A stretch of DNA of 64,000 nucleotides from Kiritimatiellia bacterium (GCA_050178035.1 JBFXGK010000014.1:8649-72648), one strand, 5' to 3'. Counted from the first letter of the stretch, positions 9,809-19,065 are shown. Numbers and translations: made by a program. The notes: generated by a model from the letters alone, not told the origin.

Positions 9809-10752
9809 TTGTGAACCCTTTCCATATGTCTCCCTTTGTTCATTCTAGGTTGAGGGGTCAGGTCTCAACGGCCTGTACATTGAAACATTTTCCTCATCAG
9901 GCTCCTGATTCTGCTGCTCATCTCCCGCTCAAAAAAGAAACCGCCCGCGAGGCGGTGGTTCTCTTAAAGGTAGGGCGCGCACTCCGTGCGCGCCGCGGCG
10001 GTCACGGAGTGACCGCCCTACCCATGAAATCAAACATTTCATGTCGCCGCATACATGCCCCGCACAACCCGCTGTCTGCGTCCCTCGCATGTTCTGTTTA
10101 TCCCATTCGCCGGCCTTCCGATCAAGCTCTATTCGCTATCGGATGCCGCTCACAGAGCGGCTACTACAACACAAACACATGCCGCCTGGTGTAGTAGCGC
10201 CTCTGTGAGGCGCATCATCCATTCCCTATTCAGATTTTAACCATTAAGGGCATGAAGTTCATGAAGGAAAGACGAATATTCTTCCATCCGTGGGCCGCCT
10301 TTGGCATCCGTGGGGAATTTTCTTTCTCTCCTCATCTTTTCACGGAAATGCAACGGACAGGAAAAGCTACGAATGGAATTATGATATTCGCCGCTTTCTT
10401 CATTCGCTGCCAATCGCTTTTGCATACGCGTCCAACACGCCTCGCGCAAGGCTTCGCAGGACACGTCCGTGGTTTCTTTTTTCTTCATGCGCTTCTTGTC
10501 TTCATGGTGAAATCTTGTTTTGGTTGAGGATTGAAAATGAATCAGAAGATGGACAGGACAGAGCCCGTCCCTCCATGAACCGTCTCGATCGCGAGCTCCC
10601 TTCCCATTCGCGCAGGTTCGCGGTTCCATCTTTGGTTGCGGTCTGCCCCGCGGCTTTATCCGTGCAGCATTTTCTGCCACTCGCCGCTTGGATTCGGGTT
10701 TCCTCCAGTATAAAGTCCGCGCTCATGAGAACAGGGCTTTTCCGGCCCAACT

Positions 10753-11562
10753 ATGGAAGAGATGAATATGAATAGAGCAGCACTGTTGATGTTCGCGGCA
10801 ACATTGTCCATCGCATTCTGCGCCTGGTCCGCAAACGCCCAACTGATCGCCGACCCGGTCGGCATCACCGAAGTCGGATATTTCGAGGGTGGCGGCATGC
10901 TCATGCGTTCGACCATCGAATACGAAGAAGAGGAAATCACCCGGAACATTGTCGGCGGTTACTGCATCTACGGGCTCAACGACTACATAGACATCTACGG
11001 ATCCCTAGGTATCAGCGCGTCGGTTGAACCCGAAGGCTGGGATGACAGCGGGCACGGCTACATTTTTGCGGGCGGCATGCGCGGGTTCATCTGGGGCGAC
11101 GGTCCGCTGTCCATTTATGCCTACGGGCAACTGCAGTACCTTGCGGAAGACTATGGCGAATACACGGAGAAGTTCGATGACGGAGACATTTATCAGGAGG
11201 CCACCGTCGGGGCGGAAGCCTCACTGATCGAGCTTATTACGGGCGTCATGGCGGAATATGCCCTGAGCGAACAGTTCATGCTCTACGGGGGCCTGGAGCT
11301 GATCCCGATCAGCGACGGCGAGGCGGAGGCATCCATGGACTACGATCTTCATGTGGATGATGAAGGCATGACCTCGGTCGAACACATCGTGGCTGAAACC
11401 ACAGAAGCCATTGGCTACGAGGAAAGCTACGACGTCAAAAGGGACCTCCCGGCGGTTGTGAGGGGCGGCGCCAGGTTCAACATTGGCAACTGGTTCATTC
11501 GCGGCGAAATCGCGCTTGGCGGGGAAACCGCGTTCGGCATCGGAGCAGGGATTAAGTTCTGA
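10753..11562 (+). CDS. Putative outer-membrane beta-barrel protein (acidic, C-terminal Phe).
   Basis: Signal peptide MNRAALLMFAATLSIAFCAWSANA. Alternating amphipathic segments. Ends ...GIGAGIKF. Confidence 0.4.
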   Translation: MEEMNMNRAALLMFAATLSIAFCAWSANAQLIADPVGITEVGYFEGGGMLMRSTIEYEEEEITRNIVGGYCIYGLNDYIDIYGSLGISASVEPEGWDDSGHGYIFAGGMRGFIWGDGPLSIYAYGQLQYLAEDYGEYTEKFDDGDIYQEATVGAEASLIELITGVMAEYALSEQFMLYGGLELIPISDGEAEASMDYDLHVDDEGMTSVEHIVAETTEAIGYEESYDVKRDLPAVVRGGARFNIGNWFIRGEIALGGETAFGIGAGIKF

Positions 11563-11660
11563 TTGATGGCAATTCTTCGGCTCGGCGGGACGCCTCGCCC
11601 CACCTGACGGAATTCGCCCGATCGGGGACCGGGCCTACAAAATGACAGTCCGATATTTTG

Positions 11661-12041
11661 TCACTTACAAGATTTCCGGAGCCATGCGGCGTACTGGCGT
11701 TCACGGATTTTGCCTGAGGCAAGGGCCAGCGTGTGCAGGACCACCTCTTCCTCGGGGGCGGTGAATTTACAGTCGTTCAGTTCGAGAAACAATGCTGCGG
11801 CCATGAAACCCGCCCGCTTGTTCCCGTCAAGGAATGGGTGGTTCTTAATTATTCCAGCCGCATAGGATGCCGCCAGTTCAAAAAGATCGGGATGCCCATA
11901 GGCAAACAAATGCTTCGGCCGGTTCAATGCAGATTCCATCAGACCGCGGTCACGAATACCGGCAAGGCCGCCGAAACGCGCCAGCATTTCCTCATGGAAG
12001 GCCAGACAGTCGGCTTCATCAATCCAGACGGGCTCTTTCAC
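11661..12041 (-). CDS. doc: Doc (Fic-fold) toxin.
   Basis: Fic motif HPFLDGNKRAG. A GTG start at 12041 overlaps the antitoxin stop, giving a GTGA junction. Confidence 0.75.
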   Translation of the reverse strand: MKEPVWIDEADCLAFHEEMLARFGGLAGIRDRGLMESALNRPKHLFAYGHPDLFELAASYAAGIIKNHPFLDGNKRAGFMAAALFLELNDCKFTAPEEEVVLHTLALASGKIRERQYAAWLRKSCK

Positions 12042-12268
12042 TTGGCCAGCTCTCGCAGGGCATTCCGGTACCGGCGCATCAATTTGTCGGCAATGGCCGC
12101 CTTTTCGGCAAAGCCCTTCTGCTCCGGCGTCACGCGCAGGGCGCATTCCGGGGCCTCGGTCAGATAGAGGGTATCGCCCTCCTTGACCTTCAGGGCATGC
12201 AGGGCTTCCTTCGGGAGCACGATCCCGTAGGAGTTGCCAATCTTGCGAACTTTGGTTTCCATCGTCAT
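12038..12268 (-). CDS. AbrB/MazE-family antitoxin (Phd-like partner of Doc).
   Basis: VRKIGNSYGIVLPKEAL is a SpoVT/AbrB swapped-hairpin motif. 76 aa, immediately upstream of doc. Confidence 0.7.
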   Translation of the reverse strand: MTMETKVRKIGNSYGIVLPKEALHALKVKEGDTLYLTEAPECALRVTPEQKGFAEKAAIADKLMRRYRNALRELAK

Positions 12269-12299
12269 GTTATAACTTTAGTTATAACGTTCGATTTTG

Positions 12300-13214
12300 T
12301 CAATCGGTTTCGTGATCGGCCGGCGGCTCAAGGATCCATTTCTTGTTGAACCAGAAGTACTGGTCGGGATGCAGGCCGATCAGGTGGTCGAAATTGCTCA
12401 TGACCGCCTGCGTCATGCGAAGCCAGTCAGCGCTCTTCTCCAGTGACGGATCGGGGGTGATTTCGTCGTAGACAATCCACTTGTGCCGCCCCCACCCTTC
12501 GCGTATTACACAGCCTGAGAAAATCGGCACACCGGCCTGCCGCGCAAAGAGCGCCATGCCGGCGGCAATCATCGGGCGGCCGCCAAGGAAGTCCACTTCC
12601 ATCGCGTCGGTGCGCGCGCGGATGTCGGGCAGGATGGCCAGCACCTTGCCCTCTTTGATTTTCTTGAGGATCACGCGCAGCAGCGGCAGATCGCGGTCCA
12701 CGCATTCCTGCCCGGTGCGGCTCCGAATGCGGTTGATGAAGTTGCCGATCAGCACATTCTTCTGCTGGCGCGTGATAAAAAGAAGCGGAACGCCGAGCAG
12801 GCTCGCAGAAAGTCCGGCGGTCTCCCAGCTTCCCATGTGCGGCAGGGCCAGAATCACGTTCTGGCCGGACTTCAGTTTTGCCAGCACCTTTTCGAACTGC
12901 GAATAGTCCGTGTATTTGTTGACCCACCGCAAATTCACGCGCGGCGCGCGCAGCATTTCGATTCCGTTGAACACCAGGTTGCGCCATGCGATCCAGACGA
13001 TGCGCCCGGCCTCCTGCTTCCCAAAGCGGCCTCCGAAAACCTGCATAACGCGGGCTTTTGCGCGGCGCATTCTTTTACCCATCAGCAAAAAGGAAAGTTT
13101 CGCGAAGCAACAGCCCAGCGCAAGGGCGGCATAATAAGGAAGCAGACACAAAAGCCATCCAACGAGCCGCAGAACAGCATATTCCACATAATGGGCTGGC
13201 TTATGCTTCGGCAT
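12300..13214 (-). CDS. Lipid A biosynthesis acyltransferase (LpxL/HtrB family).
   Basis: LPLAT H-x4-E motif LPHMGSWE. N-terminal membrane anchor. Start MPKHK at 13214 overlaps the obg stop. Confidence 0.6.
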   Translation of the reverse strand: MPKHKPAHYVEYAVLRLVGWLLCLLPYYAALALGCCFAKLSFLLMGKRMRRAKARVMQVFGGRFGKQEAGRIVWIAWRNLVFNGIEMLRAPRVNLRWVNKYTDYSQFEKVLAKLKSGQNVILALPHMGSWETAGLSASLLGVPLLFITRQQKNVLIGNFINRIRSRTGQECVDRDLPLLRVILKKIKEGKVLAILPDIRARTDAMEVDFLGGRPMIAAGMALFARQAGVPIFSGCVIREGWGRHKWIVYDEITPDPSLEKSADWLRMTQAVMSNFDHLIGLHPDQYFWFNKKWILEPPADHETD

Positions 13215-14238
13215 CCGGCTCTCCGGCTTCCTTCGGCGGCTCGGTGATCGCGCAGCCCCTGAGGGCCTCGATGACCTTCTCGATTCCGTCGCCCTGTTCG
13301 GCGGATATTTCGATCGGATTTTCGCCGGCAGTGAGTTTGAACTCGGCAAGGTTTTCGGAAGCTTCCGGCAAATCCATTTTGTTTGCGACAATGAAATAGG
13401 GCCGCTCGTCGAGTTCCGGGCGGTACATGCGCAGCTCATGCCGGAGATTGAAGTAGTCTTCGACCGGCTTGCGTCCATCCATGCCGCCCATATCAATCAC
13501 GAACAGCAGATAGCGCGTGCGCTCGATGTGCCGCAGGAAGTCGTGGCCGAGGCCGACGCCCTTGTGCGCGCCCTCGATCAGCCCGGGAATGTCGGCCACG
13601 CGCAGGCGGCGCTCGTCATCGAGTTCGACGATGCCGATGACCGGATTCAGCGTGGTGAACGGATAAGCCGCAATCTTCGGCCGCGCGCGGCTGATTTTGC
13701 TCAGCAGGGTGGATTTTCCGGCGTTGGGATAGCCGATGAGCCCGACATCAGCCACCATTTTCAGTTCGAGAATCAGCGTGAACTCTTCGCCCTTCTCGCC
13801 GGGCGTGAACTCGCGCGGGGCCTGGTGCGTGGAGGACTTGAAATGCATATTGCCCAGCCCCCCGCGGCCGCCGCGGGCGATGCGGAGGGAATCCCCTTCG
13901 GCCACCACCTCCCCGACGTATTCGCCGGTTTCGGCGTTGCGAACCACCGTGCCGCAGGGAACCAGGAGATCCAGCGACGCGCCGTCCTTTCCGGTGCACT
14001 GCTTGCCGCGACCGGCGCCGCCGTGCCCGGCGCGCTGGTGGGGCATGAAATAGAGATCGACCAGTGAATCCACATCCTTGTTGGCGTGAATCGTGATGTC
14101 GCCGCCCCGTCCTCCGTCACCTCCGTCAGGACCGCCTTTCGGGATGAACTTTTCGCGGCGGAACGAGGCCGAGCCGCTGCCGCCATTGCCGGCGGTGGCG
14201 TAAATCCGGACCTTGTCCTTGAAGGTAATTGATTTCAT
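13201..14238 (-). CDS. obg: GTPase Obg/CgtA.
   Basis: Gly-rich Obg fold (GGDGGRGGDI), G1 motif GYPNAGKST, G3 motif DIPGLIEGA. Confidence 0.9.
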   Translation of the reverse strand: MKSITFKDKVRIYATAGNGGSGSASFRREKFIPKGGPDGGDGGRGGDITIHANKDVDSLVDLYFMPHQRAGHGGAGRGKQCTGKDGASLDLLVPCGTVVRNAETGEYVGEVVAEGDSLRIARGGRGGLGNMHFKSSTHQAPREFTPGEKGEEFTLILELKMVADVGLIGYPNAGKSTLLSKISRARPKIAAYPFTTLNPVIGIVELDDERRLRVADIPGLIEGAHKGVGLGHDFLRHIERTRYLLFVIDMGGMDGRKPVEDYFNLRHELRMYRPELDERPYFIVANKMDLPEASENLAEFKLTAGENPIEISAEQGDGIEKVIEALRGCAITEPPKEAGEPDAEA

Positions 14239-14274
14239 GAATATCCGCCTTGTAATCTATCCCCCGGCACAAGG

Positions 14275-14310
14275 CAACAAAAGAGGCGGGCCGTCACCGG
14301 CCCGCCTCTG
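14275..14310 (-). terminator. Rho-independent terminator downstream of rpmA (between rpmA and obg).
   Basis: Perfect 11-bp stem GAGGCGGGCCG / CGGCCCGCCTC, followed on the minus strand by TTTTGTTG. Confidence 0.55.
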
Positions 14311-14328
14311 TGCAAATGCCTTCCTTTT

Positions 14329-14586
14329 TCAGGAAACGGTTTCGCCCTTCTCGATGTTCATCCGCTTTCCGCTGCGGTCGAAACGAACGACGCCGTCCTT
14401 GAGCGCAAAGAGCGTGTAGTCGCGCCCCATGCCCACATTGACGCCCGGCAGGATGCGGGTGCCGACCTGACGCACCAGGATGTTGCCCGCGCGCACCGGC
14501 TGGCCGCCGAATTTCTTTACGCCGCGCCGCTGACTGTTGCTGTCGCGGCCGTTGCGGCTTGATCCCTGTCCTTTTTTATGTGCCAT
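14329..14586 (-). CDS. rpmA: 50S ribosomal protein L27.
   Basis: [16 protein letters not shown]... is the canonical L27 N-terminus. Confidence 0.95.
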   Translation of the reverse strand: MAHKKGQGSSRNGRDSNSQRRGVKKFGGQPVRAGNILVRQVGTRILPGVNVGMGRDYTLFALKDGVVRFDRSGKRMNIEKGETVS

Positions 14587-14602
14587 ATCCGTGCCCTCCC
14601 GA

Positions 14603-14917
14603 TTAGCTTAAACTCTCGATTTTGACCTGAGTGATTTCCTGGCGGTGGCCGACCTTGCGCTTGTAGCCCTTGCGGCGCTTTTTCTTGAACGCCACGACCT
14701 TCCGGTCGCGCTTCTGCTCCATGATCTGCGCCTTGACCTTCGCGCCCTTGATGACCGGCGCGCCGATGGTCAGACTGCTGCCGTCGGAAACGGCCAGCAC
14801 GGGCGAAAGTTCCACCTTGGAACCGGCCTCGCCTTCGATCCGCTCAATCTTAATAACATCGCCCTTCTGGACCCGGTGCTGCTTGCCACCAGTCTCAATT
14901 ACGGCATACGCTTCCAT
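14603..14917 (-). CDS. rplU: 50S ribosomal protein L21.
   Basis: [20 protein letters not shown]... Start taken at the fifth codon of the listed ORF. Confidence 0.9.
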   Translation of the reverse strand: MEAYAVIETGGKQHRVQKGDVIKIERIEGEAGSKVELSPVLAVSDGSSLTIGAPVIKGAKVKAQIMEQKRDRKVVAFKKKRRKGYKRKVGHRQEITQVKIESLS

Positions 14918-15109
14918 AATAAGCCTCATTTCTTCCCGCGGTTTGTGCGGGAACCCTGAATATTTTCAAACAAGGCCGCAAAATGTACGGGACAACCGCG
15001 GCGTTGTCAATACTCCAGCGTATTTCTGTGGATTTTTTTATTCCGCCGCCGGGAAAAGATTTCTTGCTGGAACCGCCGGGCGGAGTAGGATGGGAACCGG
15101 GAGAGCGGA

Positions 15110-17944
15110 ATGGAACACTGGGGAAAGCCAAACGAGGAGTTCAGCGGGCGCAAGGCGCTTGCGGTTGATGATCAGGCTTCCAGTCTTGACCTTCTCAAGA
15201 GCATATTCCTGTCGCAGCTTCCTGAGATGGAACTGCACTGCTGCACCAGCGGCGAGGAAGGCCTGCGTCTGGCCGAAGCGCTGAAACCGGACATCATCAT
15301 CCTGGACATCAAAATGCCCGGCATGAACGGCCTTGAGGTCTGCAGCCGCCTCAGGGATGATCCGGAACTGAGGCATATTCCCGTACTCGCGATTTCCGGT
15401 GTCTACGTGACCGCAGACGACCGCGCCAACGCCTTGAACACCGGCGCCAACGCCTACCTTTGCAAGCCTTTCAAGGCAGCGGAACTGGCCGCCAACGTCA
15501 AGGCGCTGCTGCGCATGCAGGGCACCACTGAAAACAGAAGCTTCCAAGGGATCAATGAAGCGCTCCAGCAGGTGCTTGAAGGCGTTTCATCTCTGACCGG
15601 CAACATATTCTTCTATACGCTGACCGGGCATCTGGCCCGGGCCCTCAATCTGGATGCGGTGCTGCTGGCGGAAACGAATCCGGACCGGCCCGAGAGCTTT
15701 TCCCTGGTCTCGGTCTATCCCGCGGATGTCTTCAGCGGCCGGCGGCTTTGCCTCGCCGACTTCTACCCGGGGAAGGACGGCCGGGAAATCGAGCCGCTCA
15801 TGCTGCTGGACAATGCCGCGGACATTTTCCCGCCGGGCAATCCTGTCCGCCGGTGGAATGCGCGCGCGCTGATTGTGCTCCCGCTCCGCTCAACGCGGGG
15901 CAATCTGCTGGGCATCCTCGCCATCATGCACCGCGACACGATCCAGGACATGGGTCTGATCCCCATCCTGCTGCAGGTTTTTGCGACACGCGCCGCATCC
16001 GAAATCGAACGCGAGCAGGCCACCAACAAGCTGTGGCAGAGCGAGGAGCGCTACCGGTCCCTCACCGACGACGTCATGGGATCCTCCTCCATCGGCACAC
16101 TGATCGTTGACGCAAACAACCGCGTCGCCTGGTCCAACAAGGCTTTCTTCAGGCTCCTGAACCTGCCGGTTGGCGATCTGACCGGCCACCCAAAAAGGGA
16201 GATACTGGAGACCCTGCTGAAGAAAATTGACGCACCGGAGGTTTTCGAGGAGGCCGTGGCGCAGTCCTACCGGAGCGGCATGCCGCTGGAGCCCGTCGAG
16301 ATCCATTTGCCGGACGAGGATAAATCCAGAGAGCGCTGGATCCGGCACTGGAACCAGGTCATCGGATCCGGGCTCTACATGGGCGGGCGCATCGAGCACT
16401 ATGCCGACATCACCGCCCAGATGCGCGCTGAGCAGGGCCGGCGGCACCTCGAAATGGCCATCGAGCAGGCCGCGGAAATATTTCTGATCACGGACACGCA
16501 GGGCATCGTGCAGTACGCCAATCCGGCGTTCGAAACCGTCACCGGGTACAGCCGGAGCGAAATCCTCGGCCGGACGCTGAGCGCCCTGAAAAGCTATGAG
16601 CATGATGACGGCTTCTACCAGAAAATATGGGCCATGCTCGCGGAGGGGATCGTGTGGTCCGGCCACATCACCCACCGCAAGAAGGACGGGCGCGACTACA
16701 AAGCCGAGATGGTCATTTCGCCTGTCCGCGATTCCGGGGGCCGGATCATCAACTACGTGGCGGTTTCGCGCGACGTGACGCACGAAATGGAACTGGAGGC
16801 CCAGTTCCGGCAGGCGCAGAAGATGGAGAGCATCGGGCGCCTCGCCGGCGGCGTCGCGCACGACTTCAACAATCTGCTCACGTCCATCATCGGCTTTGCC
16901 AAGCTGGTGCAGGACGAACTGCCCGCCGGATCGCCCGCCGTCGAGGACGTGCAGGAAATCATCAGCGCCGGCGACCGCGCCGCCGCGCTCACGAAAAAGC
17001 TGCTGGCCATCAGCCGCAAGGAGACCATGCAGCTGCAGGCGATGGACCTGAACCAGGTCATCCGCGGCATACAGAATCTGCTGCAGCGCACGCTGGGCGA
17101 GGACATTGAAATCACGCTCAACCTGAGCGGGATGCCCACGGTCATCATGGCCGACTCCGGCATGCTTGAGCAGGTGATCATGAATCTGGCCGTGAACAGC
17201 CGGGATGCCATGCCGCGCGGAGGCAAGATCATCCTCTCCACCCGCCCTGTTCATCTGGACCACAGCTTCATCGGAACGGGCGGCCATGTGCAGGGCGGCG
17301 ACTTCATCCTGTTCAGCATCAAAGACACTGGAACCGGAATAAGTCCGGAAATACAGAAGTTCATGTTCGAGCCGTTTTTCACCACCAAGCCCAAGGGCAA
17401 GGGAACCGGGCTCGGCCTCGCGACCGTGTACGGCATCGTCCGCCAGCTCAAGGGTCACATCGATATCGAGAGCAGGGTCGGCGAAGGAGCGGAAATACGC
17501 ATCTACTTTCCGGCCAGCGCAAAGGATTCCGCTGCGCGCGCGGCCGCAGGCGAGACGGCACCCGCCCGCGGCGGCACCGAAACCATCCTGCTGGTGGAGG
17601 ACGAGGATCCCGTCCGCGTGCTGTCCGGCCGCATCCTGCGCTCACTGGGCTACCATGTGCTGGATGCCGCCAACGCCGAAAAGGCTCTCCAGATCGGCCG
17701 CAGCTTTGGAGATAAAATCCACCTCGTGCTCAGCGACATCGTCATGCCCGGCATGAACGGGCCGCAGATGATCGAGGAACTCCGAAAAATCCGGACCGAT
17801 TTCAAGACCATGTACTGCTCCGGCTTCGCGGATGACCGCACTCTCGAATACGGGCTGAAAAACCAGTCTGCCGTCATCCTCGCCAAGCCGTTCACCGCGC
17901 CGCAGCTCGCCGCCTGCGTCCGTCAAATTCTGGACAACCTGTAA
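15110..17944 (+). CDS. Hybrid sensor histidine kinase / response regulator (REC, GAF/PAS region, HisKA, HATPase, REC).
   Basis: N-terminal REC (LAVDDQ...LDIKMPGMNGLE), H-box ESIGRLAGGVAHDFNNLL, G-boxes, C-terminal REC (LLVEDEDPVR...DIVMPGMNG). Confidence 0.85.
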   Translation: MEHWGKPNEEFSGRKALAVDDQASSLDLLKSIFLSQLPEMELHCCTSGEEGLRLAEALKPDIIILDIKMPGMNGLEVCSRLRDDPELRHIPVLAISGVYVTADDRANALNTGANAYLCKPFKAAELAANVKALLRMQGTTENRSFQGINEALQQVLEGVSSLTGNIFFYTLTGHLARALNLDAVLLAETNPDRPESFSLVSVYPADVFSGRRLCLADFYPGKDGREIEPLMLLDNAADIFPPGNPVRRWNARALIVLPLRSTRGNLLGILAIMHRDTIQDMGLIPILLQVFATRAASEIEREQATNKLWQSEERYRSLTDDVMGSSSIGTLIVDANNRVAWSNKAFFRLLNLPVGDLTGHPKREILETLLKKIDAPEVFEEAVAQSYRSGMPLEPVEIHLPDEDKSRERWIRHWNQVIGSGLYMGGRIEHYADITAQMRAEQGRRHLEMAIEQAAEIFLITDTQGIVQYANPAFETVTGYSRSEILGRTLSALKSYEHDDGFYQKIWAMLAEGIVWSGHITHRKKDGRDYKAEMVISPVRDSGGRIINYVAVSRDVTHEMELEAQFRQAQKMESIGRLAGGVAHDFNNLLTSIIGFAKLVQDELPAGSPAVEDVQEIISAGDRAAALTKKLLAISRKETMQLQAMDLNQVIRGIQNLLQRTLGEDIEITLNLSGMPTVIMADSGMLEQVIMNLAVNSRDAMPRGGKIILSTRPVHLDHSFIGTGGHVQGGDFILFSIKDTGTGISPEIQKFMFEPFFTTKPKGKGTGLGLATVYGIVRQLKGHIDIESRVGEGAEIRIYFPASAKDSAARAAAGETAPARGGTETILLVEDEDPVRVLSGRILRSLGYHVLDAANAEKALQIGRSFGDKIHLVLSDIVMPGMNGPQMIEELRKIRTDFKTMYCSGFADDRTLEYGLKNQSAVILAKPFTAPQLAACVRQILDNL

Positions 17945-17945
17945 C

Positions 17946-18080
17946 CATTTTGGGGCTATTTTTCATGTTTTTCACTGTTTTTGAGCATTTTTGACCAAAA
18001 AATGGCCATTTTTTGCGATTTTTTGGCATTTTGGGCCTTTTTTTGCCAATTTTTGACACTTTTTGACAGCCGCGCGTCCG
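17946..18080 (+). repeat. Phased T-tract repeat block (family copy 2).
   Basis: Eleven T4-7 tracts at about 10-bp spacing. Shares the word TTTTTGAGCATTTTTGACCA with copy 1. Confidence 0.8.
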
Positions 18081-18126
18081 CATTAGCCTTTACTTCCCCA
18101 GCTGGTTTTGAGACCTTCCGGGCCTG

Positions 18127-19065
18127 ATGCCGGATATTCAAAACACATTCTCGTGGTCGTTCTCGGCCGCCGAAGCCTTCGACGCCTGTCCCCGCAAGCG
18201 CTACTGGGGGGTTTATGCCCGCTGGGGCGGATGGGCGTCCGGCGCAACGGAAATCCAGCGCAAGGCGTGGCAGCTCAGCCGCATGGACACCCTCCCCGCC
18301 CTGCGCGGCAAGGCCGTCGAAAAGGCCGTCATGTGGGCCCTGCGCGAGATGCAGGCCGGCCGGCCGGCCGATCCGGCGCTGGCCTATGACCAGATTGCAA
18401 AGCCCTATCTGAACAACTGCTGGCGGCAGTCAAAGGAAGGCCTCTGGCGGGCCGACTGCAAAGCCAACTGCTGCCTGCGCGAGCACTACTATCAGCAGTG
18501 GAATCCCGGACAGGAGAAAGAAGCGGCAGCCGGCGAGGTCGCGAAAATACGCCAGTGCATCGCCAATTTCATGGATCGCGTCTGGCCGCGCCTGAAGGAT
18601 ATCCCGCCCGAAAATGAAATCCCCATCGCCGGCCCCGGTGAAGAATTCTTCATGCTCCACGACGTGAAGATCAATGCCATCCCCGACTATGCCCTGCGCG
18701 CAGACGGCATGATTCACATTCACGACTGGAAATCGGGAAAGACCTCCGAAAGCCACCGCACGCAGCTCGATGTCTACGGCCTGTGGGCGAAGGAAAAACA
18801 CGGCGCAGCACCGGAGAAGATCCTGCTGTTCGTGGAATATCTCGCCGACGGGAAAGTGGCCGCCTGGTCCTTCAGCGAGGAGGAGTTGCAGGAAACACTT
18901 CTGCGGATCGAAAATTCCGTGGCCGCCATGACCGGATATCTCGAGGGCGAGGACCGCGCCCGCAATGTTCCCCTGCCCCGCGACCAGTGGGATCTCTCCA
19001 CCGACCCCGACCTGTGCCGCAACTGCAACTTCTACGAACTCTGCAAACCCGAACTGGGGTTCTGA
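18127..19065 (+). CDS. PD-(D/E)xK nuclease with a Cas4/AddB-type FeS-cluster cysteine set. Stand-alone, with no cas genes nearby.
   Basis: N-terminal DACPRK cysteine plus C-terminal CRNCNFYELC (C-x2-C-x5-C). RecB-like motif HIHDWKSGK. Confidence 0.55.
   Translation: MPDIQNTFSWSFSAAEAFDACPRKRYWGVYARWGGWASGATEIQRKAWQLSRMDTLPALRGKAVEKAVMWALREMQAGRPADPALAYDQIAKPYLNNCWRQSKEGLWRADCKANCCLREHYYQQWNPGQEKEAAAGEVAKIRQCIANFMDRVWPRLKDIPPENEIPIAGPGEEFFMLHDVKINAIPDYALRADGMIHIHDWKSGKTSESHRTQLDVYGLWAKEKHGAAPEKILLFVEYLADGKVAAWSFSEEELQETLLRIENSVAAMTGYLEGEDRARNVPLPRDQWDLSTDPDLCRNCNFYELCKPELGF

Noticed and set aside
10237-10775. Overlapping ORFs on both strands (147 aa minus, 161 aa plus, 91 aa plus) in the 9.84-10.75 kb gap.
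   Set aside because: They are mutually exclusive, low-complexity and have no recognisable motifs or start context. The region is better described as non-coding with structured palindromes. A small real gene cannot be excluded.
11661-12146. Long form of doc starting at the ATG at 12146, inside the antitoxin gene.
   Set aside because: The first 35 codons overlap the antitoxin in another frame and do not resemble Doc N-termini. The GTG at 12041 gives the standard GTGA-coupled toxin start.
12300-13496. 398-aa extent of the LpxL-like ORF, overlapping obg by about 300 bp.
   Set aside because: The N-terminal 94 residues are Ser/Arg/Pro-rich with no homology. They overlap the obg C-terminus. The internal Met (MPKHKPAHY, 13214) immediately precedes the membrane anchor typical of LpxL and gives only a 14-bp overlap with obg.
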